Positions 20,137 to 29,383 of a DNA stretch of 64,000 nucleotides are shown piece by piece. The notes beneath the pieces are model-generated. The model saw only the letters and a list, made by a program, of their open reading frames with translations. It did not search any database and had not been told where the DNA came from. The stretch is from a candidate division WOR-3 bacterium (GTDB lineage: Bacteria; Hydrothermota; Hydrothermia; LBFQ01): the NCBI GenBank assembly GCA_039802605.1, contig JBDRWW010000007.1:1891-65890 (forward strand). Reading direction: 5' to 3'. Position numbers and translations under genes: made by a program. Positions within the stretch are counted from its first letter, which is position 1, and the number at the start of each line of letters is the position of its first letter.

Positions 20137-21789
20137 ATGTTATTGGGTTCGGGAGTATTTGTAATACCCTTGTACGCAATAGATTTTTGGGGTGGTACAA
20201 AACCCCCTTTACCCATATTCAATATGGCATTCTCTAATCCAAACCATTTGTATAACCTCGCCCATTCCATAGCCTTGAAGTATTCTAAGGAAACTACGGA
20301 TGTTTTCACCACCTGTGCCCTTTTATCCAAGCTATCTGGAAGCAACATCAGGGCCGGTTTAATATCCGATGTTTATGAAGAAACCGTAAGAGATATAACG
20401 GGTGATAATCCCTTGGGAAAATTCATATTTGATAACAACCCAAAACTTTCGCAAAGTATTAGGGATTCCTTGCAAATGATTCCATCATTTGTACCAAAGG
20501 GCATAAACAGAATAATAACGGCCATTTTAAAGGTTTATCTGTCCATAAGGATGGAACCTCCAAGGGATTGGAGGGCATATGTTTGGGATAGTTTATCCAT
20601 AGAAAATAAAGTAGCCTTTGAAGATAGGTTTTCATCCTTTGACATTGAAAAAACATCCTTTGCCTTTCAGGTTATGTGTGTTCTATTAGATTCCTTAAAA
20701 GTGGAGGTTAATAAGAGGGGCAAAAACATAAAGAGTTTTTATTTACCAACCCCATACGGGTATATATCCTTTGGATCGGAAAACCCAGACAGTTTTCCAA
20801 ATTCTTTAATCGTCGTTGATGCCGGTGGGGACGATGTTTATAACGATGTTAAAATAGGTTTAGACATCGATGGAAACGATGTATATCTCGGGAATGTGGG
20901 TTTTGGGATTTTTGATATATCCGCTTTTATTGATTTATTCGGAAACGATACATATAAGGGGGATTATTTGGGAAGTGGGTTCTTTGGGTACGGCTTGCTT
21001 TGGGATTCCGAAGGGAACGATATATATAGGTGTAAGGTTTTTTGTTTGGGTGCGGGTTATAAGGGTGGCGGTATGTTGGTTGATTTAGAGGGGAAAGACG
21101 AGTATTACGCCATATCAAAGGCTCAGGGTTTTGGATGGGTGGGGGGTGTTGGGATACTCGTGGATGCCGAAGGGGATGATGTCTATAAATTGGAAGACAG
21201 CGCCATTGTTTTTCCATCACCGCAAAGCCCAAAGCATAACACGAGTTTGGGGCAAGGTATGGGATTTGGTGAGAGGAGGGATTTTTATAACGGCAAATCT
21301 TTGGGTGGAGGTTTGGGAATGCTCGTGGATATAAATGGAGACGATAGATATTATTCGCATGTGTTTTCACAGGGTTCGGGGTATTGGTTGGGTATAGGTG
21401 TCCTTTACGATGGCGGTGGAAACGATGCGTATTCGGGAGTATGGTATTCACAAGGTGCATCCGCCCATTTTGGGATAGGTGCCCTTTACGATTTAAAGGG
21501 GGATGATGTTTATTTCTCTTCAATATCGACATCCCAAGGTGTGGGACATGACTTTTCATATGGGATACTATTTGACGGCGAGGGAAGGGATACATATACT
21601 TGTGGAAATCTATGCCTAGGGAGTGGAAACGCGCAAGGTGTGGGTGTTTTTTGGGATATGGATGGAAATATGAAGGTAAATTTAAATGGAAGGGGTATGG
21701 GTACCGAAAATCCCGCGGTTGATAGCACCAGTTTCAGGGCTTCTTTCCCAACAAAAGGGTTTGTGTGTAAGGGTAAAACTTGCCCTTAA
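20137..21789 (+). CDS. Gly/Asp-rich ~26-aa repeat (beta-solenoid/beta-roll-like) protein, paralog B
   Basis: Same repeat architecture as 13461..15077 (LIVVDAGGDDVYND, GLDIDGNDVYLGNVGFG, IDLFGNDTYKGDYLGSGFFG, GLLWDSEGNDIYRC, GMLVDLEGKDEYYAISKAQGFGW…) after an unrelated ~200-aa N-terminus with a hydrophobic leader (MLLGSGVFVIPLYAIDFW). Confidence 0.6.
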   Translation: MLLGSGVFVIPLYAIDFWGGTKPPLPIFNMAFSNPNHLYNLAHSIALKYSKETTDVFTTCALLSKLSGSNIRAGLISDVYEETVRDITGDNPLGKFIFDNNPKLSQSIRDSLQMIPSFVPKGINRIITAILKVYLSIRMEPPRDWRAYVWDSLSIENKVAFEDRFSSFDIEKTSFAFQVMCVLLDSLKVEVNKRGKNIKSFYLPTPYGYISFGSENPDSFPNSLIVVDAGGDDVYNDVKIGLDIDGNDVYLGNVGFGIFDISAFIDLFGNDTYKGDYLGSGFFGYGLLWDSEGNDIYRCKVFCLGAGYKGGGMLVDLEGKDEYYAISKAQGFGWVGGVGILVDAEGDDVYKLEDSAIVFPSPQSPKHNTSLGQGMGFGERRDFYNGKSLGGGLGMLVDINGDDRYYSHVFSQGSGYWLGIGVLYDGGGNDAYSGVWYSQGASAHFGIGALYDLKGDDVYFSSISTSQGVGHDFSYGILFDGEGRDTYTCGNLCLGSGNAQGVGVFWDMDGNMKVNLNGRGMGTENPAVDSTSFRASFPTKGFVCKGKTCP

Positions 21790-21814
21790 ATAATCAAGCA
21801 TATAATACCCGGCT

Positions 21815-22930
21815 ATGGCAAAGGACAAAATCCGTGTTGCTATAATAGGTGTGGGGAATTGCGCATCTTCATTGGTTCAGGGGGTTTATTATTATAGGAA
21901 TGCAAAGCCCGGTGAGTTTATACCCGGCATAATGCATGTTGAATTGGGGGGATATCACATAAGCGATATAGAATTTGTGGCTGGTGTGGATATTGATGCG
22001 AGAAAGGTTGGTAAGGACCTATCCGAAGCCATATTTGCCCCTCCTAACAATACATATAAATTTACGGATGTACCCAAGTTGAACGCCAAGGTTTATAGGG
22101 GCATGACACATGACGGCATAGGTAAGTACCTTGCGGATGTTATAGTAAAGGCACCCGGACCCACTGACGATATAGCAAAGATTTTTAAGGATTTGGGTGT
22201 TGATGTGGTTGTGAATTTCCTACCCGTGGGGAGCGAAGAGGCTACAAAATGGTATGTTGAACAGGTTATAGCGGCTGGTGCCGCCTTTGTAAACGGAATA
22301 CCGGTATTTATAGCATCATCGGAGTATTGGAGTAAAAGGTTTGAGGATGCGGGTCTTCCCGTAATAGGCGATGACATAAAATCCCAAGTTGGGGCAACAA
22401 TCCTTCACAGAACATTGGTTCAACTATTTATAGACAGGGGTGTTAAACTTGAAAGGACATACCAGATAAACTTCGGCGGTAATACGGACTTCCTCAATAT
22501 GCTTGAAAGGGAAAGATTGAACTCAAAGAAAATATCAAAAACAAACGCCGTAAAATCGTTATTGCCTTACGATATAGGCGACGAAAACATACATATAGGC
22601 CCTTCGGATTACATCCCTTGGCTTAAAGACAGGAAATGGTGCTATATTAGGATGGAAGGAAAGACATTTGGAGATGTCCCGCTAAATATAGAGGCAAAAC
22701 TTGAAGTTTGGGATAGTCCCAATTCGGCGGGTGTTATGATAGATGCCATTAGGTGCGCGAAACTTGCAAAGGATAACGGCTTAAAGGGTGCAATACTTGA
22801 ACCTTCTATGTACTTTATGAAAACCCCACCAAAGCAGGTACCCGATTGGAAGGCAAAGCAGCTTTTGGAAGAGTGGATACAAAGGTACTCAATAAAGGAT
22901 AAAAAGAACAAGGAAAAGAAAGAAGGGTAA
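21815..22930 (+). CDS. myo-inositol-1-phosphate (inositol-3-phosphate) synthase, short archaeal/bacterial type
   Basis: NAD-binding N-terminus [23 protein letters not shown]; ~370 aa; characteristic internal SKKISKTN region. Confidence 0.8.
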   Translation: MAKDKIRVAIIGVGNCASSLVQGVYYYRNAKPGEFIPGIMHVELGGYHISDIEFVAGVDIDARKVGKDLSEAIFAPPNNTYKFTDVPKLNAKVYRGMTHDGIGKYLADVIVKAPGPTDDIAKIFKDLGVDVVVNFLPVGSEEATKWYVEQVIAAGAAFVNGIPVFIASSEYWSKRFEDAGLPVIGDDIKSQVGATILHRTLVQLFIDRGVKLERTYQINFGGNTDFLNMLERERLNSKKISKTNAVKSLLPYDIGDENIHIGPSDYIPWLKDRKWCYIRMEGKTFGDVPLNIEAKLEVWDSPNSAGVMIDAIRCAKLAKDNGLKGAILEPSMYFMKTPPKQVPDWKAKQLLEEWIQRYSIKDKKNKEKKEG

Positions 22931-22933
22931 AGT

Positions 22934-23530
22934 TTGCTCGGTTTAGCAATTGGAACATTTGTTTTAAGCGTTATACACTCTTCGTTGCCCAACCATTGGC
23001 TTCCGATTGTACTTATAGCCAAAAGTGAGGGTTGGGGAAGGGGTAGGGTTGTGTTCTTCACGGCCCTCCTCGCCCTCTCACATACTTTAAGCACCGTTTT
23101 AATAGGTTTGATTATAGGTTTTATAGGATATACGATTTCCCAATATCACGAAATCCTTTCAAAGCTTGTAGCCTCCCTTGTCCTTGTGATTCTCGGAATT
23201 TTTTATATTTCGAGGCATTTTAGGTTTGGTAATCCCCACCATCATGGATTTGGCGTATTTTCCTTTTTTGGCCTTTTGGTAGCTATGTTTTTTTCACCTT
23301 GTGTGGAAATAGAGGCATATTACCTATCCGCAGGGGTTATGGGATGGGAGGCAATAATCGCCATATCGCTAATTTATGTTATAACCACGGTGATACTAAT
23401 GGAAACGTATGTTATGTTGGCTTTGAAGGGTTTTGAGGTTGCGAGGATGAGTTTGCTTGAGCATTACGAAAACCTTATAATAGGTTTGGTTTTGGTGATT
23501 TTAGGGGCGCTTAACTTTATAATGCAATGA
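22934..23530 (+). CDS. hypothetical integral membrane protein (His-rich loop, possible metal binding)
   Basis: About 6 TM helices; SSLPNHWLP near the N-terminus and a GNPHHHGFG loop. I could not make a confident family assignment. Confidence 0.35.
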   Translation: MLGLAIGTFVLSVIHSSLPNHWLPIVLIAKSEGWGRGRVVFFTALLALSHTLSTVLIGLIIGFIGYTISQYHEILSKLVASLVLVILGIFYISRHFRFGNPHHHGFGVFSFFGLLVAMFFSPCVEIEAYYLSAGVMGWEAIIAISLIYVITTVILMETYVMLALKGFEVARMSLLEHYENLIIGLVLVILGALNFIMQ

Positions 23531-24225
23531 AAATAGTTATATTAACGGGTGCGGGGGTATCCGCGGAAAGTGGAGTTCCCACCTTTAGGGATAAGGGGGG
23601 ATTATGGAAGAATTTTAGGGCGGAGGATTTGGCCACACCACAAGCCTTTAAAAGGGACCCAAAACTCGTATGGGAGTGGTACAATTGGAGGAGGGGAATA
23701 ATTTCCAAAGCCAAACCCAATAAAGCGCATTTGATAATAGCCGAGATGGAGGAGAAATTCGGGGTTAGATTGATTACCCAAAATGTTGATGGATTACACC
23801 AAAAGGCTGGAAGCAAAAGTGTTGTAGAATTGCACGGGAACATTTGGAGGGTTAAATGCACACATTGCAACTATAAAGATTACGATTATTCCGTCCCTTT
23901 AAAAGAAATACCCCCAAAGTGTCCAAAATGTGGAGGATTACTTAGACCGGATGTTGTATGGTTTGGGGAACCTTTACCCGAAGATGCGATAGAAGAAGCC
24001 TTCTACCTTTCGGAAAATTGTGATATAATGATAGTTGTGGGAACTTCGGGCGTTGTTTATCCTGCGGCCAATTTACCCTTTATTGCAAAATATAGGGGGG
24101 CAAGGGTAATAGAAATAAACCCAAAGGAAACCCCAATAAGTTCAATAGCGGATTTAAAAATCGGAAAAACGGCCACTGAGGGAATGGAAGAGGTATATCA
24201 TTGGATTGAACGATCGTTCAAATAA
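23527..24225 (+). CDS. cobB: NAD-dependent protein deacylase (Sir2 family)
   Basis: ILTGAGVSAESGVPTFR; zinc-ribbon CTHCNYKDY…CPKCGG; Rossmann GTSGVVYPAA; 232 aa. Confidence 0.85.
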   Translation: MKIVILTGAGVSAESGVPTFRDKGGLWKNFRAEDLATPQAFKRDPKLVWEWYNWRRGIISKAKPNKAHLIIAEMEEKFGVRLITQNVDGLHQKAGSKSVVELHGNIWRVKCTHCNYKDYDYSVPLKEIPPKCPKCGGLLRPDVVWFGEPLPEDAIEEAFYLSENCDIMIVVGTSGVVYPAANLPFIAKYRGARVIEINPKETPISSIADLKIGKTATEGMEEVYHWIERSFK

Positions 24226-24245
24226 CTACCATAGAATAAACACTT

Positions 24246-25376
24246 ATGGAAATTTTCACCATATCCTTTGTGGTTTTCACAATAATGAGCGGTTTTAGCA
24301 TTTTATTCCCAATACTCCCGTTTTGGGCTACGAATCTCGGGGCAACACCATTTGAAGTGGGTTTGGTATTCTCCGCATACCCGTTGGCGCAGTTTATCTT
24401 CGCACCCATATGGGGAAAAATATCGGATAGGCTTGGGTATAAATTCGGTATTTCTGTGGGGGCATTGGGGTTTGGTTTGACATCCTTACTTATACCCATA
24501 TATCCATCGGTTATTTATCTGATAATCATTAGGTTTTTGGGCGGCATAATATCATCCGCCGCTTTACCATCAACGAGCGCGTATATAGGGGCCATATCGT
24601 CCGAAAGGGTTTCTACAAGGAATTTTGGGATTTATGGGGCGGCCATTGGCCTCGGAATAGTCGTCGGACCTTTCATAGGGGGCTTTGCGTCAAATTATGG
24701 TACCACGATACCGTTTATAATATCGGGAATTTTTGGTTTTTTGGCATTTCTTGTATCAATATTGGCGCTTAAAAATGTCAAAGGGAACATATCTTTTGGT
24801 GTAAAAGCAAAGGGATTAAAGACCGATAAGAAAATCCTCGTATTATTTGCCTTCGTAATAATGGTTATAATGGTTAATTTTGAGGTCATACTCGCCTTGC
24901 TAATAAAGGATAAGTTTTCCTTGGGTTCCCGTGAAGTTGGTTATTTGTTGGGTTTTTCCGGATTAGTGGGGGCAATCGTTCAAGGTAATGCTGGGAGAAT
25001 AACAAAAATCACGGGAGAATGGGGGGCAATATTCTTGGGGTTTATGGCTTCTGCGGCTATATCCCCTTTAATACCATTGGCACCTAGTTTTAAAGTTTTG
25101 TCTTTACTTGTCGTTTTAATTGTATCTTTTTCTGGGATTTCCCAACCTTCAATGTTGAGTTTGCTTTCAAAGGGAGCCGAAAATAGGGGTGAGGTTATGG
25201 GTGCTTATCAATCGGCCAGTTCTTTGGGAAGGATAGTTGGTCCGATCCTTGGGGGCTATTTGTATTCCCTTAGCATTAAACTCCCGTTTTTATTCGCCTC
25301 CATTTTGTCGCTTGTTTGCTTGATTATTTGGTGGAGGGTTAAAAAATTATACACGAAATCATTAACCGGCGTATAA
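24246..25376 (+). CDS. MFS transporter
   Basis: 12-TM-type hydrophobicity; MFS loop motif GKISDRLGYKF between TM2 and TM3; 376 aa. Confidence 0.75.
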   Translation: MEIFTISFVVFTIMSGFSILFPILPFWATNLGATPFEVGLVFSAYPLAQFIFAPIWGKISDRLGYKFGISVGALGFGLTSLLIPIYPSVIYLIIIRFLGGIISSAALPSTSAYIGAISSERVSTRNFGIYGAAIGLGIVVGPFIGGFASNYGTTIPFIISGIFGFLAFLVSILALKNVKGNISFGVKAKGLKTDKKILVLFAFVIMVIMVNFEVILALLIKDKFSLGSREVGYLLGFSGLVGAIVQGNAGRITKITGEWGAIFLGFMASAAISPLIPLAPSFKVLSLLVVLIVSFSGISQPSMLSLLSKGAENRGEVMGAYQSASSLGRIVGPILGGYLYSLSIKLPFLFASILSLVCLIIWWRVKKLYTKSLTGV

Positions 25377-25388
25377 TACCCCTCTTTT

Positions 25389-26537
25389 ATGATAATGTTC
25401 CTATCCTTCATAGGTTTGGAAAGTATCAAATTTGAGGGTTTGGGCAAAGGTTTGAAAATAGTTATAAAATATGACACGACTTTAAGGGTGGATTCCGTAA
25501 AGTTGTTTAAAACCACAAAAACCCACCCTACGGATAATCCCCTTACAATTGGAACCCTATCCTATCCCGATAGCGCGTTAGTTGATACCACGGGTGAAGA
25601 TGGAAAATATTTGTTAAGGGTTTATTATGGTGGAGAAAAGTTTGATACGGGTTGGATAGCGATTAATTCGGATCCCCAAACATCCATAGTCCAAGAAAAT
25701 CGGAAGAATAACGAGAAAGCACCCTCGATAATTGCCTTTGATTCAACAAAGACAAATATTCTCATTTCAATCTTGCTTTTTGCCTTTTTGTTTTCCTATA
25801 TGTTGTTTATGGCAAGAGTAAACCCCAACTTATACATAAGGAGGATTGCGGGTTTGGATGCAATAGATGAGGCCGTGGGTAGAACGGCCGAGTTGGGGAA
25901 ACCGATAATATACACCACCGGCATAGGGAGTATAGATTCTTTGTCAATATTGGCCGGTCTTACGGTTTTAAAGCATGTAACGAAAAAGTCGGCTTTGTAC
26001 GAGGTTCCCGTAATAATGCCTAACAACGACCCTTTGGTTTTGGCCACCGCCCGTGAGGTTGTAAAGGAAGCGTATATGGAAAGCGGAAGACCCGATTTGT
26101 ATAATGAAAACGATATATTTTTCCTGACAACGGAACAATTCGGTTTTGCTTCGGGTATCAGCGGTATGATGCATAGGATGAAACCGGGTGCCGTATTTAT
26201 GATGGGTTATTTCTACGCGGAATCCCTCATTCTTGCCGAGAATGCAAACATTAGTGGGGCGATTTCAACCGCCGGGACAACGGCGATAGACCAATTGCCG
26301 TTTTTCGTAGCCGCATGCGACTATACCATAATAGGGGACGAGTTATATGCGGCCTCTGCGTATATATCCCGTAATCCCCTTGAAGTTGCCAGTATAAAAA
26401 CGGGAGACTGGTTTAAGGCTTTGAGTGTGTTTTTCGTACTCTTAGGTTCCCTTTTGGCCACATTGACACTTTTCAATCCGCAACTTAAAGTTTATCTTGA
26501 TTTCTTAACGGGTACAGTATTCGGAATGGGGAGGTGA
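25389..26537 (+). CDS. hypothetical membrane protein (N-terminal soluble domain plus multi-TM C-terminal domain)
   Basis: 382 aa. TM segments at ~125-145 and towards the C-terminus; no recognisable motif. Tightly linked (4-bp gap) to the next membrane protein and to ftsK. Confidence 0.35.
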   Translation: MIMFLSFIGLESIKFEGLGKGLKIVIKYDTTLRVDSVKLFKTTKTHPTDNPLTIGTLSYPDSALVDTTGEDGKYLLRVYYGGEKFDTGWIAINSDPQTSIVQENRKNNEKAPSIIAFDSTKTNILISILLFAFLFSYMLFMARVNPNLYIRRIAGLDAIDEAVGRTAELGKPIIYTTGIGSIDSLSILAGLTVLKHVTKKSALYEVPVIMPNNDPLVLATAREVVKEAYMESGRPDLYNENDIFFLTTEQFGFASGISGMMHRMKPGAVFMMGYFYAESLILAENANISGAISTAGTTAIDQLPFFVAACDYTIIGDELYAASAYISRNPLEVASIKTGDWFKALSVFFVLLGSLLATLTLFNPQLKVYLDFLTGTVFGMGR

Positions 26538-26540
26538 AAT

Positions 26541-27326
26541 ATGCAAAGGCAAGGACCAATTGCGGTTGTAGTTTTAAGCGCACTCTTTTCAACCATAACA
26601 TTTTTCCTAAAAGGGGCGGACGAAATACAAACTTACGGAATACTTGTAGCAATAGTGATCTCTGGGTTTGCATTGCTCTTGGGTGTGGATAGCCTGATTT
26701 TATACCATACCAGGAACATTCAAAGGGGTAATAATACCCTTTTCAGTGGGGTATTGCTGATAAGTTTCTGGATAACGGTGTTTTGGGGGTTATTTGCCTG
26801 GTGGAAGTACGGTTCCCCCTTTGCCCAAGACTCAACATTTATGTGGTTGTTTACCAATGTGTATTTACCCTTAGATGCTACAATGTTTTCAATCCTGGCG
26901 TTTTATATAGCTTCTGCTGCTTATAGGGCTTTTAGGGCCAGAAACGCAAATGCTCTAATCTTATTACTAACCGCTTCCACAATAATGATAGGTAGGGTAT
27001 TGTATTCGGATATTGTCTTCCCATTGGCTCTTAGTATCTTTTTGTTTTTGGCGGGATTTTGGATATTTACAAATACCGGGAGGTTATACGGCTCGGAGTT
27101 GCTTTTTAGGAGATTCTTAGGAGGTCTTCTTATGGGTGGGGCCTTGATAATACTGGTTCCCCCTATATTTAAATTTGTAGGGAGCAATATAGCAGCCGTT
27201 ACGGATTGGATTCTAAGTGTCCCACAAAATGCGGCAAAGAGGGGTATGATTTTGGGTTTGAGTTTTGGTCAGGTTGCATTTGCGCTTAGAATAATGTTTG
27301 GTATAGAAAAGTCCTGGATAAAATAA
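26541..27326 (+). CDS. hypothetical polytopic membrane protein
   Basis: 261 aa, ~7 predicted TM helices, no recognisable motif. Confidence 0.35.
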   Translation: MQRQGPIAVVVLSALFSTITFFLKGADEIQTYGILVAIVISGFALLLGVDSLILYHTRNIQRGNNTLFSGVLLISFWITVFWGLFAWWKYGSPFAQDSTFMWLFTNVYLPLDATMFSILAFYIASAAYRAFRARNANALILLLTASTIMIGRVLYSDIVFPLALSIFLFLAGFWIFTNTGRLYGSELLFRRFLGGLLMGGALIILVPPIFKFVGSNIAAVTDWILSVPQNAAKRGMILGLSFGQVAFALRIMFGIEKSWIK

Positions 27327-27355
27327 CTATTTTCACCACTTTAAAATACCGTCTC

Positions 27356-29383
27356 TTGAAGGGTTGGGTAATTCTCATATTATTCGTGATAATTTGGATT
27401 TTATACGGTTTTACAAGAAAGGATGGGTTTGTAAGGAAGGTATCCCCATTTGTGGGGATATTGTTGTCTTTAATTTACACATTTTCAAAAAACCCTTATA
27501 TAGTCGCTTTAAGGGATATGGTTGGCCCGGCCCCCGTAATACCCTTTATATGGATGGTTCTGGACCCGTTTTATGCCACCCATCAACTGGTTATAGTTTC
27601 TTCATTTTTATTCGTCTGGGGTGCTTATTTACTCCTTATGGGTAAAAGTATCGTATGGGGTAGTGTATTGATTTTCCTCTCTCCCATACCACTTATGGGT
27701 TTTTTGGCCCCTTTGATGCGCGGGGAAAAGAAAGAGGAGGAAAAATTAAATTCGGAAAACAAATTGGAAGCCAAAATTGAAACAAAAAAGGAAGATAAAG
27801 TAGATGTGGTGGATGAGAAAGAAGCCGTTATGGAAACCGAGGAAGGGTTTGTTTCTCTCGTACAGAAATTGCTGGAATTCGGTATAAGGGGTAGGATAGT
27901 TAATATTTCAAAGGGGCCGGTTTTAACCGTATATGAGTTTGAACCCGCGCCTGGGGTTAGGGTGCAATCCATAAGCAAATTGGAAGATGATTTGTATGTT
28001 AGGTTAAAAAAGCCCGTAAGGATAGTGGCACCATTACCCAATGGGAATATAGGTTTTGAAATACCAAATGATGAAAGGATTTTTTACAACTTAAAGGATT
28101 TTGAGGGGGAGATTTTTAAGGGTTATCCATTAGAGGTTCCCATAGGTGTAGATGTTTTAGGAAATCCTTTTAGATTCAACATATCATTGGCACCGCATAC
28201 CCTTATAGGAGGCGCTACGGGTTCCGGAAAAAGTATCCTCTTAACCACCATAATATCCGCCCTTATTAAGAAAAACTCCCCCGAGGATTTAAACCTTATC
28301 CTTATAGATCCAAAAAGGGTGGAACTATCAATATTTGAAGGGCTACCCCACTTGGTTTTGCCGGTTGCCAAGACGGTTAAAGAAGCCTCATTTGCCCTTA
28401 AAACGGCGGTTAATATTATGGATGAAAGGTATGCCATGATGTCGGCCATAGGGGCCCGGGACATAGAATCCTTCAACTCAAAGGTTGATAGGTTTGATAT
28501 GGAAAAGATGCCCTATCTCGTAATAGTTATAGACGAATTGGCGGATTTGATGATGTTGTCCCCAAAGGAAACCGCCGAAAGCATTCAGAGAATAGCCCAA
28601 CTGGCCAGGGCGGTGGGTATTCATATGATAGTGGCAACCCAAAGGCCCTCGGTTGATGTTATTACGGGTGTTATAAAGGCCAATTTCCCAACAAGGATAG
28701 CCCTAAAGGTGGCTTCAAGGTTTGATTCAAGAACGATTTTGGATACAGAAGGGGCCGAGAGGCTCCTGGGAAAGGGTGATATGTTGGTATTGTTGAGCGA
28801 TAGGGCCGAGCCTGTAAGGGTTCATGGGTTTTATACATCCCATTCGTATGCAGAAGGTATCATATTGGATTATGCTTCGCGAAAACTATCGCAAATGTGG
28901 AGCGTTGATACCGAACATTTAAAGAAATTCTTGAAAATTGCAAGGGAAGAGGGTGTGTTTTCCGCCATTTTCCGCGATGACGAGCCCGCTTATGCTGAAA
29001 GGGTGGAGAGGTTATGCCATTTGGCAGAGGAAATACTAAGAATACCGGATGAAAGTTTTAAGAATTTGATAAACGAAACCCTTGAAAATTATTACCCTTA
29101 TAGGTTCATACCCGACGAGGAAGAGGGGCAGGCTTATACCGGTGGTATTAGGAAGGTGGATAGGAAAATTTTAGATGCGGCAAAGATTTGCGAGGAAGTG
29201 GGTTATGGTTCGGCGAGTATGATTCAGAGGAGGTTAGGGGTTGGTTTTCCGAGGGCGGCTAAAATAGTAGATCAACTTGAAAAATTGGGATTTTTATCCC
29301 CACCCGAGGGTCCCAAACCCCGCAGAATCCTTATGAGTGTTGAGGAGTTGGAGAAAAAACTCAAAGAACTCGGTTTAAGGTAG
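27356..29383 (+). CDS. ftsK: DNA translocase FtsK/SpoIIIE
   Basis: N-terminal 4-TM anchor, acidic/Lys-rich linker, motor with Walker A IGGATGSGKSIL and Walker B LVIVIDELADLM, and a C-terminal gamma-like winged helix. Confidence 0.9.
   Translation: MKGWVILILFVIIWILYGFTRKDGFVRKVSPFVGILLSLIYTFSKNPYIVALRDMVGPAPVIPFIWMVLDPFYATHQLVIVSSFLFVWGAYLLLMGKSIVWGSVLIFLSPIPLMGFLAPLMRGEKKEEEKLNSENKLEAKIETKKEDKVDVVDEKEAVMETEEGFVSLVQKLLEFGIRGRIVNISKGPVLTVYEFEPAPGVRVQSISKLEDDLYVRLKKPVRIVAPLPNGNIGFEIPNDERIFYNLKDFEGEIFKGYPLEVPIGVDVLGNPFRFNISLAPHTLIGGATGSGKSILLTTIISALIKKNSPEDLNLILIDPKRVELSIFEGLPHLVLPVAKTVKEASFALKTAVNIMDERYAMMSAIGARDIESFNSKVDRFDMEKMPYLVIVIDELADLMMLSPKETAESIQRIAQLARAVGIHMIVATQRPSVDVITGVIKANFPTRIALKVASRFDSRTILDTEGAERLLGKGDMLVLLSDRAEPVRVHGFYTSHSYAEGIILDYASRKLSQMWSVDTEHLKKFLKIAREEGVFSAIFRDDEPAYAERVERLCHLAEEILRIPDESFKNLINETLENYYPYRFIPDEEEGQAYTGGIRKVDRKILDAAKICEEVGYGSASMIQRRLGVGFPRAAKIVDQLEKLGFLSPPEGPKPRRILMSVEELEKKLKELGLR

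Noticed and set aside
20927-21595. 222-aa His/Pro-rich ORF on the minus strand
   Set aside because: Antisense shadow of the Gly/Asp-repeat gene (GGN/GAY codons read backwards give Pro/His/Ile). Entirely contained in the stronger + strand gene.
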